Shown piece after piece: positions 1 through 9,451 of a DNA stretch of 64,000 nt. The DNA comes from an uncultured Verrucomicrobiae bacterium (GTDB lineage Bacteria > Verrucomicrobiota > Verrucomicrobiia > Chthoniobacterales > UBA10450), in the NCBI GenBank assembly GCA_963815455.1, contig CAWFGO010000001.1, forward strand, positions 1,632,001 to 1,696,000, read 5' to 3'. Numbering within the stretch: the stretch's first letter is position 1; each line of letters starts with the position of its first letter. Position numbers and translations under genes: made by a program. A model generated the notes under the pieces. The model was given only the letters and a program-made list of their open reading frames with translations. It ran no database searches and was not told where the DNA came from.

Positions 1-318
1 TACAAACATAATTTGAAATATCAGGCCCAGACCCAGGCAGATCTGGAGAAGACATTGGCGCGCGGCGACATGTTCGTGGCTTATCTGTCCGATTATCCGA
101 CATTGCATATTAATCACGCCGTCCTGGTTTATGAGCGAAAGCCGGGCCGCGGGAAAAATGGCATTATTCGTTATCGTGTGTACGATCCGAATCATTCCGA
201 CGCGCCGCGCGAATTGACCTGGTCGCCCTCCAAACGCGCGTTCAGCTTTGAGAAGGACGAAGAATTTGTCGGTGGTTTCACCAGGGTGTATCAGGTTTAC
301 GGTAAGCCGTTTCAATAA
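1..318 (+). CDS. Hypothetical protein, 3' part (open at left edge)
   Basis: Frame is open from base 1 to TAA at 316-318; NHAVLVY...YDPN segment is reminiscent of papain-like folds. Confidence 0.6.
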   Translation, partial: YKHNLKYQAQTQADLEKTLARGDMFVAYLSDYPTLHINHAVLVYERKPGRGKNGIIRYRVYDPNHSDAPRELTWSPSKRAFSFEKDEEFVGGFTRVYQVYGKPFQ

Positions 319-323
319 CCGAC

Positions 324-437
324 ATGTCGGATCCCGTTCCAGCGCCCAGACCAGCCCCGCCCGCGCCGGGTCCACATCCAATTCCGCGTCCGGAGCCACT
401 GCCGCCGAATCCGCCCGAACCACCGGCGAGAAGATAG
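324..437 (+). CDS. Possible 37-aa proline-rich small protein
   Basis: ATG324-TAG437 gives MSDPVPAPRPAPPAPGPHPIPRPEPLPPNPPEPPARR (18 Pro), 5 nt after the upstream stop; below the ORF-track cutoff. Confidence 0.3.
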   Translation: MSDPVPAPRPAPPAPGPHPIPRPEPLPPNPPEPPARR

Positions 438-450
438 AACCACCTGGCGC

Positions 451-1257
451 TCATCCGTGGGCGAGCGGAAACAGAAATCGCAGCGCGGGATCGAAACGGG
501 CCGCCCATGCTCCCTCGCTGTGATCCGCGCCTTCGGCCTCCAGGTAATGAAGGTCGTGATACAATCTCCACCCTTTTTCAACCAAACGATTCCGTAACTC
601 GCGCGCCTGCTCCCAGCCCGGTTCAGCCGTGCCGGTATCGAGCCAGATTTTCAACGGCGGTCGTTGTTCGATGGAATCGACCAGCCGATAAATCGCGAAA
701 TCGTCCCACCAAATCGATGGTGACATCACCATCAGCCGGGTGAACGCGTGCGGGAACAAAATCCCGATCGCCAGTGTAACCAGTCCGCCCAGCGACGATC
801 CGCCGAGTCCGGTAAATTCGGGCTCGCGCTTGGTCCGATATTTCTTGTCGATGTAAGGTTTGAGCTCGTCGATCAAAAATTGGCCGTAAAGACGGGCCAG
901 TCCGCGGCTCCGTTTTTTTTGCTTCGCTTTGGCATCGATGACGCCTCGGGTCGGTGCGTATTCGTGGATCCGATCTTCGCCGGTGTTTGCCACCGCCACT
1001 ATGATGAGCGGTTCGACCAGTTTTTTGCCGATCAAGCGCTCGGCCGTTTCATCCACGTTCCATTCCACCCCGGCGAATGCCGTCGCCGCGTCGAAGACAT
1101 TTTGGCCGTCATGCAAATACAAGACTGGATACGTTGCCTTGGAAAATCGACTGTAACCCGGCGGCAGATACACCAGCACCTCGCGCTGGTTCCCCAGGAT
1201 CCTCGATGGAAATCTCGGCAGCCGTTTGATGTCGCCGGTGAGTGTGGGTTTGGCCAT
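451..1257 (-). CDS. Alpha/beta hydrolase (putative esterase, Fes/IroE-like)
   Basis: YLPPGY, PVLYLHDGQN, GGSSLGG nucleophile elbow, C-terminal H(SE); ATG at 1257. Confidence 0.85.
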   Translation of the reverse strand: MAKPTLTGDIKRLPRFPSRILGNQREVLVYLPPGYSRFSKATYPVLYLHDGQNVFDAATAFAGVEWNVDETAERLIGKKLVEPLIIVAVANTGEDRIHEYAPTRGVIDAKAKQKKRSRGLARLYGQFLIDELKPYIDKKYRTKREPEFTGLGGSSLGGLVTLAIGILFPHAFTRLMVMSPSIWWDDFAIYRLVDSIEQRPPLKIWLDTGTAEPGWEQARELRNRLVEKGWRLYHDLHYLEAEGADHSEGAWAARFDPALRFLFPLAHG

Positions 1258-1331
1258 GCAACGCGAGACGCATCGCCGAGGATGTCGATCTTGTCCAGAT
1301 TCGGCTCCACCGAACAAAGCGAAATTGCTTT

Positions 1332-1393
1332 GACAGAATTAACGGAATAAAAGCGAATGTTTAGCCGCCGGCCGTGATTCCGATAATCTTGTC
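1332..1393. repeat. Imperfect inverted repeat (GACAGAATTAACGGAAT / ATTCCGATAATCTTGTC)
   Basis: Arms at 1332-1348 and 1377-1393, between divergent genes. Confidence 0.45.
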
Positions 1394-1413
1394 GATCCTG
1401 CCTCGGAACCTAC

Positions 1414-2125
1414 ATGAACGAACGCTACATTAAATGGCACACATCCCTGGCTCAGTCGCGAGTTTGAAATGCTCGTGTTCGGAGATGGTGGCGGCCTTCC
1501 GCTGATTCTTTTTCCCACTTCGTTCGGCAGTTATTACCAGAACAAGGATTTCGGTCTGGTCGGTTCCGTTGCCGGTTACATTGATGCCGGGAGGCTGACC
1601 GTTTATTGCCCGGACGCGATCGATCTGGAAAGTTTCTACAACAAATCGATTCATCCGGCCGATCGGATGCGGACGCATAACGCTTATGAAAATGTGATCG
1701 TGCACGACGTGTTCGATCTGGCGCGGCGTGAATGCAATGCTCATCGGGTGGCAACCTGCGGCGCCAGTCTCGGCGCGTATCACGCTGGCAATATCGCGTT
1801 TCGTCATCCCGATCTGGTCAGCCACTTCATCAGCCTGAGCGGCTCGTTCGACATCAGTTCATTTTTCGACGGCTATCACGACGACAACATTTATTTCAAC
1901 AGCCCGTATGAATATCTGCCGAACACGACCGACCCGTGGAAATACAATCACATGGGCATCATCATCGGCACCGGCGAATGGGATAACACCCGCCACGAAT
2001 CGTTCCGGATGTCCGAGATTCTAAATTCGAAAGGCATTCAACATTGGCTGGACGACGGAAAATGGCGCGGCCACGATTGGAATTACTGGCGCGACATGCT
2101 GCCGTATTACTTGTCGACGATTTGA
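1414..2125 (+). CDS. Putative esterase (alpha/beta hydrolase) of the ATP-grasp cluster; +1 frameshift near 1445
   Basis: ATG1414 MNERYIKWHT joins PWLSREFEMLVFG after removing one base; GASLG elbow and C-terminal HDW motif. Confidence 0.8.
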
Positions 2126-2131
2126 TTTGGT

Positions 2132-2219
2132 GGTAGAGCTCCGGGCGTCCGTCGAATTTCTCTTGCGCGGATCTGCCGCCGGCAATAAGTCGGACGGCTT
2201 GGAAATCCGTCCCTACCTG
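2132..2219. repeat. GTAG-type REP-like palindromic element
   Basis: GGTAG..GGGCGTCCGTCGAATT...GGACGG..CCGTCCCTACC; close relative at 5541-5663. Confidence 0.65.
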
Positions 2220-2227
2220 AATACGTT

Positions 2228-3190
2228 ATGAAAAAAATCGGAATACTTTTTGGCCAGGAACACAGTTTCCCGCCGGCGTTTGTCGAGCGGGTGAACCAGA
2301 AAACAGGCGGCAAGGACATCGTCGCCGAGTTCGTGAAGATCGACAAAGTGATCCAGGGTGAGCCGTGCGGCTACGATGTGGTGATCGACCGCATCTCGCA
2401 GGATGTTCCGTTTTATCGCGCGTGGCTAAAGAACGAGGCGCTAACCGGCTGCGCCGTGGTCAACAATCCCTTCTGGTGGAGCGCCGACGAAAAATTTTTC
2501 AATAACGCGCTCGCCACCAAGATTGGCGTGGCGGTTCCGCGCACGGTCTTGCTGCCATCGAACCAGCCTCCGCCCGACACGAACGACAAATCATTTCGTA
2601 ACCTCGAGTATCCGCTCGATTGGGAAGGAATTTTCAGCTATGTCGGCTGGCCGGCATTTTTCAAACCGTTCGCGGGTGGTGGCTGGAAGAACGTATACCG
2701 GTTGCACAACCCCGAAGAATTTTACCGCGCCTACAATGAGACTGGCCATCTGGTGATGATGTTGCAGGAGGAAGTGAAATTCGACATGTACTTCCGCTGT
2801 TACTCGATTGATCAACGTCACGTGCGGATCATGCCCTACGAGCCGCGGCATCCTTATCATTTGCGCTATCAAACCGAGTGGCAGGCGCCGAAGGACGTTT
2901 TGCAAAAGGTGGAAGAGGGCGTGCTTACCCTGAATCAATTTCTCGGTTACGACTTGAACACGGTTGAGTTCGCCATCCGCGACGGCGTGCCAGTGGCGAT
3001 CGATTTTTGCAATCCCGCGCCGGATGCGGAAGCAAGCAACGTAGGCCAGGCAAATTTTGAATGGGTGGTGGAAGCGGTGTCCGACATGGCCATTCGCAAA
3101 GCGCGGGTGCACCAGCCCGGCCAGGATAATTTGAGCTGGGGCAAGTTCGTGCACGCCGCAGTGTTGAAACGTTCTCTGGGCGAACTGTAA
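2228..3190 (+). CDS. ATP-grasp ligase (RimK/GshB-like)
   Basis: DRIS, NNPFWWSADEKF, WPAFFKPFAGGGWKNV, MLQE, VEFA..IDFCNPAPD motifs. Confidence 0.85.
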   Translation: MKKIGILFGQEHSFPPAFVERVNQKTGGKDIVAEFVKIDKVIQGEPCGYDVVIDRISQDVPFYRAWLKNEALTGCAVVNNPFWWSADEKFFNNALATKIGVAVPRTVLLPSNQPPPDTNDKSFRNLEYPLDWEGIFSYVGWPAFFKPFAGGGWKNVYRLHNPEEFYRAYNETGHLVMMLQEEVKFDMYFRCYSIDQRHVRIMPYEPRHPYHLRYQTEWQAPKDVLQKVEEGVLTLNQFLGYDLNTVEFAIRDGVPVAIDFCNPAPDAEASNVGQANFEWVVEAVSDMAIRKARVHQPGQDNLSWGKFVHAAVLKRSLGEL

Positions 3191-3198
3191 AATCTAAT

Positions 3199-3335
3199 TG
3201 TTATCCTGAGCAGAGCGAAGGATCCCACGAATACAGGCAACGTTTACGAGCGATCCTAGGATCATATGCTCAGTGTGGTTGAGTGGTGGGGTGCGTTCGC
3301 GGGATCCCTCGTTGTCTGCGCAACTCGGGATGACA
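3199..3335. repeat. TGTCAT(C/T)C(T/C)GAG-family palindromic element
   Basis: TGTTATCCTGAGCAGAGCGAAGGATCCC ... GGGATCCCTCG..CTCGGGATGACA inverted ends; relatives at 6953, 22464 and 41767. Confidence 0.7.
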
Positions 3336-3369
3336 GATTGCAGTTTTTAAGGCACAATTGCGCCCCGCC

Positions 3370-4494
3370 ATGAGCGCCAAAGATCACAAATTCACGCTCG
3401 GTATCGAAGAGGAATTCGCGATTGTCGATCCTGTCACCCGCGAATTGCGGTCGCACATCCAGGAAATTCTCGAGGGCGGCAAGGTTGTGCTCAAAGAGCA
3501 GATCAAGCCGGAGATGCATCAATCCGTGGTCGAATTGGGCACCGAAGTTTGCGACTCGATCGAGCATGCCCGCGCCCACGTGATCGAGTTGCGCAGCAAG
3601 CTGGCCGAACTGGCCGGACGGGCCGGCTTGAAGATCGCTTCCTCCGGCACGCATCCGTTTTCGCACTGGCGTGATCAGGAGATCACCGAGGGCGAACGTT
3701 ACGTCGATATCGTCCGCGACATGCAATTGCTCGCCCGCGCCAACCTCATCTTCGGCCTGCACGTGCATATCGGCATTCCCGACCGGAACAGCGCCATCCA
3801 TGTGATGAACCAGGTCCGCTATTTTTTGCCGCACATTTACGCGCTCTCGGTCAATTCGCCGTTTTGGGTCGGGCACGACACGGGTCTAAAAGGTTATCGC
3901 CTGAAAGTGTTCGAACGTTTCCCCCGGACCGGCATTCCCGATTCGTTCGACTCGCTTTCCGAGTACGAAGATTACTGCAAACTGCTGGTGAAAACCGGTT
4001 GCATCGACAATCCCAAGAAAATCTGGTGGGACATTCGGCTGCATCCATTCTTCGACACCCTGGAGATGCGAGTATGCGACGCGCAATCGCGGGTGGATGA
4101 CACGATTGCGATCGCGGCCCTGATCCAAGCCGTCATCTCGAAACTCTTCAAGCTGTTCTGGCAAAACACGACGTTTCGGATTTATCGCCGCCGTCTCCTG
4201 GATGAAAACCGCTGGCGCGCCTCCCGCTACGGCATCGGTGGAAAATTGATCGATTTCGGCAGGGAAACCGAAGTCGAGACGCGAAGTTTGCTGGACGAGC
4301 TGTTGCAGTTCGTTTCGACCGAAGTCAAAGAGTTCGGCACCCAAAAGGAGATGGCGCATGTCGAACGGATCATGCGTGAAGGCACCGGCGCGGATCGACA
4401 GCTCGCAGTTTACGAACGCACCCAGGACATGAAAGCCGTTGTCGATCATATCGTGGCGGAGACCTACGACGGGTTAACTTTTGCGCGTGCCTGA
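3370..4494 (+). CDS. ybdK: Carboxylate-amine ligase, glutamate-cysteine ligase family 2 (YbdK-like)
   Basis: FTLGIEEEF, GTHPF, GLHVHIG, SPFW, IWWDIR.HP...TLEMRVCD motifs. Confidence 0.85.
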   Translation: MSAKDHKFTLGIEEEFAIVDPVTRELRSHIQEILEGGKVVLKEQIKPEMHQSVVELGTEVCDSIEHARAHVIELRSKLAELAGRAGLKIASSGTHPFSHWRDQEITEGERYVDIVRDMQLLARANLIFGLHVHIGIPDRNSAIHVMNQVRYFLPHIYALSVNSPFWVGHDTGLKGYRLKVFERFPRTGIPDSFDSLSEYEDYCKLLVKTGCIDNPKKIWWDIRLHPFFDTLEMRVCDAQSRVDDTIAIAALIQAVISKLFKLFWQNTTFRIYRRRLLDENRWRASRYGIGGKLIDFGRETEVETRSLLDELLQFVSTEVKEFGTQKEMAHVERIMREGTGADRQLAVYERTQDMKAVVDHIVAETYDGLTFARA

Positions 4495-4520
4495 TTTCTG
4501 CGTAACTCTGAGAACTTTCC

Positions 4521-5540
4521 ATGCCCGATCGAGTATATCTTCATCCAATTGACCCGGAATTGATGCCGGGTGCGCGCAACGCGATCGAGGTTTGCCTGCA
4601 GTTGAAACCAGAGGAGCGGATCACGATCATCACCGATACAGCGACGCGCGAAATCGCGGCGGCATTGCAAAAGGAAGTGGAACGTGCCGGTTCGGACTAC
4701 AGTTTGTTCGTGCTCGAACATCACGCGCGCCGCCCGCTGAAGTTCATGCCGGAAATCATCCTCGAAGACCTGGCCCTTTCGCAGGTCTCGATCTTCGCCG
4801 CCCAGAGCCAGCCGGGCGAACTCTTTTCTCGCACCCAAATGACAGCCGTGGTCAACAAACACAAAATTCGCCACGGCCACATGGTGAACATCAACCGCGA
4901 AATAATGCTCGAAGGCATGCGCGCCGATTTTCACGCGATTGATGCCTTGAGCGAACGGCTGGTCGAACGCGCCCGCCAGGCAGAACGGATCGTATGCAAG
5001 ACGCCGCGCGGAACGGAATTCGAAGCAGAACTCTCGCCCAAACTAAAATGGCTGAAGACCAGCGGCATCATCACGAAAGACAAGTGGGGTAATTTGCCTG
5101 GCGGCGAGATTTTTACCGCGCCAATGAATACCAATGGCACATTCGTCGTTGACGGCGTGGTTGGCGATTATCTTTGCGAACGCTACGGCGATTTGAAAGA
5201 GAGCCCGTTGACGATTGAAGTGGAAAATAATCGCATTGTCGATCTTCGGTCGGAAAACAAGGACCTGCGGGATGATTTCCGGCTTTACACCAGCAGCGAT
5301 GAAAACAGCAACCGCGTCGGCGAATTCGCCATCGGCACCAACACGGCATGCACCCATGTCATTGGCCACATCCTTCAGGACGAAAAAATCCCGGGCGTTC
5401 ACATCGCCTTCGGTCATCCATACGCCGAGCACACCGGAGCGGATTGGGTTTCCGAAACGCATATTGACTGTGTCGGCCGCGACTTCGACATCTGGTTCGA
5501 CGACGACAAGGTGATGCAGGGCGGGAAATTTTTGGTTTGA
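4521..5540 (+). CDS. Aminopeptidase (M29 / thermophilic metalloprotease-like)
   Basis: GNLPGGEIFTAP, VGEFAIGTN, DEK..GVHIAFG, H.D metal ligands. Confidence 0.85.
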   Translation: MPDRVYLHPIDPELMPGARNAIEVCLQLKPEERITIITDTATREIAAALQKEVERAGSDYSLFVLEHHARRPLKFMPEIILEDLALSQVSIFAAQSQPGELFSRTQMTAVVNKHKIRHGHMVNINREIMLEGMRADFHAIDALSERLVERARQAERIVCKTPRGTEFEAELSPKLKWLKTSGIITKDKWGNLPGGEIFTAPMNTNGTFVVDGVVGDYLCERYGDLKESPLTIEVENNRIVDLRSENKDLRDDFRLYTSSDENSNRVGEFAIGTNTACTHVIGHILQDEKIPGVHIAFGHPYAEHTGADWVSETHIDCVGRDFDIWFDDDKVMQGGKFLV

Positions 5541-5663
5541 GGCAGGGACGCACCTCCGGGGCGTCCGTCGAATTGATTTCGCTGGCGCGAACCGCGCAGA
5601 AACAGCAAAAATAAGTGGGACGGTTCCCGCCGCGGCGGATAAACTGCAAGCCGTCCCTACCTG
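5541..5663. repeat. GTAG-type REP-like palindromic element
   Basis: GGCAGGGACG..GGCGTCCGTCGAATT...AATAAGTGGGACGG...CCGTCCCTACCTG; homologous to 2132-2219. Confidence 0.65.
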
Positions 5664-6884
5664 ATGGATCCGGAACTTCGCTCTCGCTTCAACGCTGATT
5701 TCACGCCGGAGAAGTATGCCGCGCTCGTTCGTTGCGTAAACGAAACCGAAAAATGGCCGGCAGATTTTCGCGTTTCGGAGACGCCGATTTTTTTGACGCG
5801 CGAGTTTACGGATGAATTAACCCGGGCTGCGACCAGGATTGTCGATCTTACCCGGACGCCGGAATTCGCGAAGCATTCCGAGAACGCGATTCCGAAAGGC
5901 CTGGAGGTGCCCAATGAATCGGCGCATCCAAATTTCCTGGTGGTCGATTTCGGTGTTTGCGCGGAGGGCGGCCGCCTGGTGCCGCGCTTGATCGAATTGC
6001 AGGCGTTTCCCAGTCTATTCGGTTTTCAATTGCTCGTCCTGCATTGCCTGCGCCAGGCGTATCCGGTTATCCCGCGGAATTGGACGTCATCCTTCGGCGG
6101 GATGAAGGACGATGCCTACCTGGAATTGCTGCGGCGCACAATTTTGGGCGATGTCGATCCTGAGAATGTGATCCTGCTCGAGATCGAGCCGGAGAAACAG
6201 AAGACGAGAGTCGATTTCGCAGCTACTGAGAGATTGCTCGGCATCCGCCCGATTTGCCTCACGAAGATTAGGAAGCGCGGCCGCCAATTATTTTACGATC
6301 GCGATGGACGCGATGTGCGGATCGAACGGATTTACAATCGAGTTATTTTTGACGAGTTAATGCGCCGCCCCGATCTTGAGTTCCCCTTTCGACTTCAAGA
6401 CGATCTCGATGTCACCTGGGCCGGCCATCCCAACTGGTATTTCCGAATCAGCAAACATTCGCTGCCGTTTCTGAAGACCGAGCATACATCGCCGGCGTTT
6501 TTTGCGGATGAATTTCCCGCCTTCGCCAAGGCTACGGCGGGCAGGCCCGCCGCCGATAACATCGACAATTACGTTTTGAAGCCGCTCTACTCATTCGCCG
6601 GTCTGGGCGTGGACATGGACCCCACGCAGGAAAAAATCGCTGCGCTGGAGAATGCCCACGAATGGATTCTGCAACGCAAAGTTCATTACGAGCCATTCGT
6701 TTTAACGGTGGACGGCTTGAAGTCGAAAGCTGAGATCCGAATGATGTTTCTCTGGCCGGAAGAAGATCGACATCCGACGCTGGTCAACAATTTGGTCCGG
6801 ATGAGCCAGGGCAAAATGATGGGCGTCGATTTCAACAAGGACAAGACGTGGGTCGGTTCGAGCATCGCACTGCACGAAGCTTGA
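5664..6884 (+). CDS. Putative circularly permuted ATP-grasp family protein
   Basis: VDF..PRLIELQAFPS precedes YNRVIFDE, YVLKPL.SFAG.GV and WILQRKV.Y, the permuted order of ATP-grasp motifs. Confidence 0.65.
   Translation: MDPELRSRFNADFTPEKYAALVRCVNETEKWPADFRVSETPIFLTREFTDELTRAATRIVDLTRTPEFAKHSENAIPKGLEVPNESAHPNFLVVDFGVCAEGGRLVPRLIELQAFPSLFGFQLLVLHCLRQAYPVIPRNWTSSFGGMKDDAYLELLRRTILGDVDPENVILLEIEPEKQKTRVDFAATERLLGIRPICLTKIRKRGRQLFYDRDGRDVRIERIYNRVIFDELMRRPDLEFPFRLQDDLDVTWAGHPNWYFRISKHSLPFLKTEHTSPAFFADEFPAFAKATAGRPAADNIDNYVLKPLYSFAGLGVDMDPTQEKIAALENAHEWILQRKVHYEPFVLTVDGLKSKAEIRMMFLWPEEDRHPTLVNNLVRMSQGKMMGVDFNKDKTWVGSSIALHEA
6516..6546. repeat. In-frame palindromic repeat CCCGCCTTCGCCAAGGCTACGGCGGGCAGGC (encodes PAFAKATAGR)
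   Basis: Hairpin CCCGCC...GGCGGG; related copies at 38383 and 46294. Confidence 0.6.
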
Positions 6885-6952
6885 TCCGCGGATTTACGCA
6901 GATTGTTTCTGCAAGATCCTTCGACTCAAGATGACAAGGGAAGCAATGTCGG

Positions 6953-7098
6953 GTCATCCCGAACCGCGCGGGCGGTGAGGGATCTCGCAGTCGGCCAAAC
7001 TGCACGCAGGCGGTTATGACCCGTTGCCGGGTGCATCGATTCCCTAGTGCGACAATTCAAGGCGCACTCGCGGGGTCCTTCGCTTCGCTCAGGATGAC
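6953..7098. repeat. TGTCATCC-family palindromic element overlapping the kbl stop
   Basis: GTCATCCCGAACC..GAGGGATCT ... GGTCCTTCGCTTCGCTCAGGATGAC. Confidence 0.65.
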
Positions 7099-8282
7099 GA
7101 ATCGCGGAGTTCCCGGTTTACTTCGGCGAAGGCGTTGACGGCGAATTCCAAATCTTCGCGGGAATGGGCGGCAGAAACCTGGGTGCGAACTCGCGCGGTG
7201 CCATGGGGCACGACCGGATAAAAGAAACCGATGACGTAAACGCCTTTGTCCAGCATGCGGGCGGCGAACTTTTGCGATTTGGCGGCGTCGCCGATCATGA
7301 TCGGAACGATGGGATGCGTGCCGGGTTTGATCGTCAGGCCGCGTTCGGTTAGAGCGGCCCGAAAGTATTTTGTGTTTTCTTCGAGTTTGTCGCGCAGTTC
7401 GGTGGACGCGCTCAAAAGTTCGAGCGCCTTCAGAGACGCGGCCACGACCGGCGGCGCAATCGTGTTTGAAAACAAGTAGGGTCGGGATCGCTGGCGGAGA
7501 AGATCGACAATCTGTTTGCGGCCGCTGGTAAATCCGCCGCTGGCGCCGCCGAGCGCCTTTCCGAGCGTGCCGGTGATGATGTCGATCTTGCCCATGACCC
7601 CGCGATATTCGTGGGTGCCGCGTCCGGTCTTGCCGAGGAATCCGGTGGCGTGGGCGTCGTCGATCATGGTGAGCGCGTTGTATTTCTCGGCAAGATCGAC
7701 AATTTCCTTCAAGCTCGCGATGGTCCCGTCCATCGAGAAACAGCCATCGGTGGCGATTAGCCGGAACCGCGCATCTTTCGCCGCGCCCAACTGCGCTTCG
7801 AGATCGGTCATGTCGTTGTGCTTGTAACGGAAGCGTTGGGCCTTGCAGAGCCGGACACCATCGATGATCGAGGCGTGATTCAATTCATCGCTGATGATCG
7901 CGTCCTTGTCGGTGAGAAGCGTTTCGAACAAGCCGCCGTTCGCATCGAAGCATGACGGATAAAGAATCGTGTCTTCGGTGCCGAGGAATTTCGTCAGCGC
8001 TGCCTCGAGTTCCTTGTGAATGTCCTGAGTGCCGCAAATGAAACGGACGCTGGCCATGCCGAAGCCGTGGGTGTCGAGGGCTTCCTTTGCCGCGGCGATG
8101 AGCGCGGGATGATCGGCCAGGCCGAGATAATTATTCGCGCACATGTTAAGAACGCGTTTGCCGCCGGTGATCGCAATGTGCGCGTCCTGCGGACTGGTGA
8201 TGACCCGTTCGGTCTTGAAGAGGCCCTGCGATTTTATCTCTTCGATGGTCTGAGAAATCTGTTTTTCGAATTCAGCGATCAT
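7089..8282 (-). CDS. kbl: 2-amino-3-ketobutyrate CoA ligase (glycine C-acetyltransferase)
   Basis: [63 protein letters not shown]. Confidence 0.95.
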   Translation of the reverse strand: MIAEFEKQISQTIEEIKSQGLFKTERVITSPQDAHIAITGGKRVLNMCANNYLGLADHPALIAAAKEALDTHGFGMASVRFICGTQDIHKELEAALTKFLGTEDTILYPSCFDANGGLFETLLTDKDAIISDELNHASIIDGVRLCKAQRFRYKHNDMTDLEAQLGAAKDARFRLIATDGCFSMDGTIASLKEIVDLAEKYNALTMIDDAHATGFLGKTGRGTHEYRGVMGKIDIITGTLGKALGGASGGFTSGRKQIVDLLRQRSRPYLFSNTIAPPVVAASLKALELLSASTELRDKLEENTKYFRAALTERGLTIKPGTHPIVPIMIGDAAKSQKFAARMLDKGVYVIGFFYPVVPHGTARVRTQVSAAHSREDLEFAVNAFAEVNRELRDSSS

Positions 8283-8402
8283 CTCGAAGTTGTACGAAAG
8301 AGATGCGCGCGATGCAAAGCCCTTTGGCCGGGCCAGCGCATTCGCATAGAAAAAGCGCTTGCGCAGTTTTGTGAATAGCTGTTAATAACTTTCCAATCCC
8401 CC

Positions 8403-9122
8403 TTGCGTAACCCCCAGCGCATATTTGCTCAATTTGCCGCGATCGGTGCATTCTTGCTGAGTGCATGCGAAACGACTACACGGGCTTTGCCTCAATACGA
8501 GTCGCGTTTGCCCCAGAGCGATTTTCAAACTGTGCGGACCACGGCCTACACGCATACGGAATCGGATCATCGCCAATTCAGCAATCGCAACGCGCTTGGC
8601 GGCGAATTGCATGCCGCCGGACCGGCGATTCGGCGGGCCGAAAACATCAGTCGCGCGATTGAGGCTTCCGAGAATGATAGTTCCGCCTTGCGGCAGGCAT
8701 CGAATTCCGGCGCACCGCTACAGCCGTTCTCGATGGAACCTGTGGCAAGGCGAGTGACCGCGGCGGCAACAGCAACAAGATCGACATATGCTTTGCCGCG
8801 ATCGGGTGTTTACGGGAGCGCGGCGGCCGATTGGTCGCGCTGGCCCGCCGGCACGATCTTCCGTTTGCTTTCCACCGGGCAAGTCTATCGCGTAGACGAT
8901 TACGGGTGGGCGCTGGCCGGGCGAAACACGATCGACCTTTACATGGCGAACCAGCGGGAAATGAACAACTGGGGCGTGCGGCAGGAATCGATTCAAGTCC
9001 TACAATGGGGCGATCCGCAGGAAAGTTTGCGGTTGCTCGGTCCGCATCAGGAACATCCACAAATCAAGCGGATGATTCTTGAGTTACAGGGGCGAGAGCG
9101 AGAAGCGGCTGAGATGCGGTAG
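8403..9122 (+). CDS. 3D-domain lipoprotein (putative peptidoglycan-remodelling)
   Basis: Lipobox LLSAC; RTTAY...AAAD...YRVDD.G....NTIDLY three-Asp pattern. Confidence 0.75.
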   Translation: MRNPQRIFAQFAAIGAFLLSACETTTRALPQYESRLPQSDFQTVRTTAYTHTESDHRQFSNRNALGGELHAAGPAIRRAENISRAIEASENDSSALRQASNSGAPLQPFSMEPVARRVTAAATATRSTYALPRSGVYGSAAADWSRWPAGTIFRLLSTGQVYRVDDYGWALAGRNTIDLYMANQREMNNWGVRQESIQVLQWGDPQESLRLLGPHQEHPQIKRMILELQGREREAAEMR

Positions 9123-9142
9123 TTGTTCCAAGCCGCTTGTAC

Positions 9143-9169
9143 AAAAGAAAGCTCGCCGTGCGGCGAGCT
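9143..9169 (-). terminator. Intrinsic terminator after the peptide genes (possibly bidirectional)
   Basis: Minus strand AGCTCGCC-GCAC-GGCGAGCT followed by TTCTTTT. Confidence 0.75.
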
Positions 9170-9237
9170 CACTTTCTTACCTGAACCGCTGTGCGGGATC
9201 GGACCGCATTACGGTTTCGGTTCTACGATTTAGCGGC

Positions 9238-9450
9238 TTACTTGTTTCCAAAACCGCCGTCGATGTTCTTACCGGCTCCGGCGACTCCCGCTCCGGCTAC
9301 GCCAGCTCCAGCGACTCCAGCTCCGGCAACTCCGGCTCCAGCGACCCCGTGTCCGGCAACTCCCGCGCCGGCTACTCCATGTCCGCCGCCTTTGGCGTCT
9401 TTGCGGGGTTTGAGGTCACGAACTTTGATGTTTTTATTTTTCTTAGCCAT
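9238..9450 (-). CDS. Double-glycine-leader precursor peptide with (GVAG[A/H])x7 core
   Basis: MAKKNKNIKVRDLKPRKDAKGG then a 48-aa Gly/Val/Ala core; AAGGA upstream of ATG; 15-bp repeat varies mainly at wobble positions; same strand as the C39 exporter. Confidence 0.8.
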   Translation of the reverse strand: MAKKNKNIKVRDLKPRKDAKGGGHGVAGAGVAGHGVAGAGVAGAGVAGAGVAGAGVAGAGKNIDGGFGNK

Positions 9451-9451
9451 T

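Noticed and set aside
9268..9385. CRISPR-like array
   Set aside because: 15-bp tandem coding repeat without spacers; no cas genes. The 66-bp repeats near 25530-25710 are also coding.
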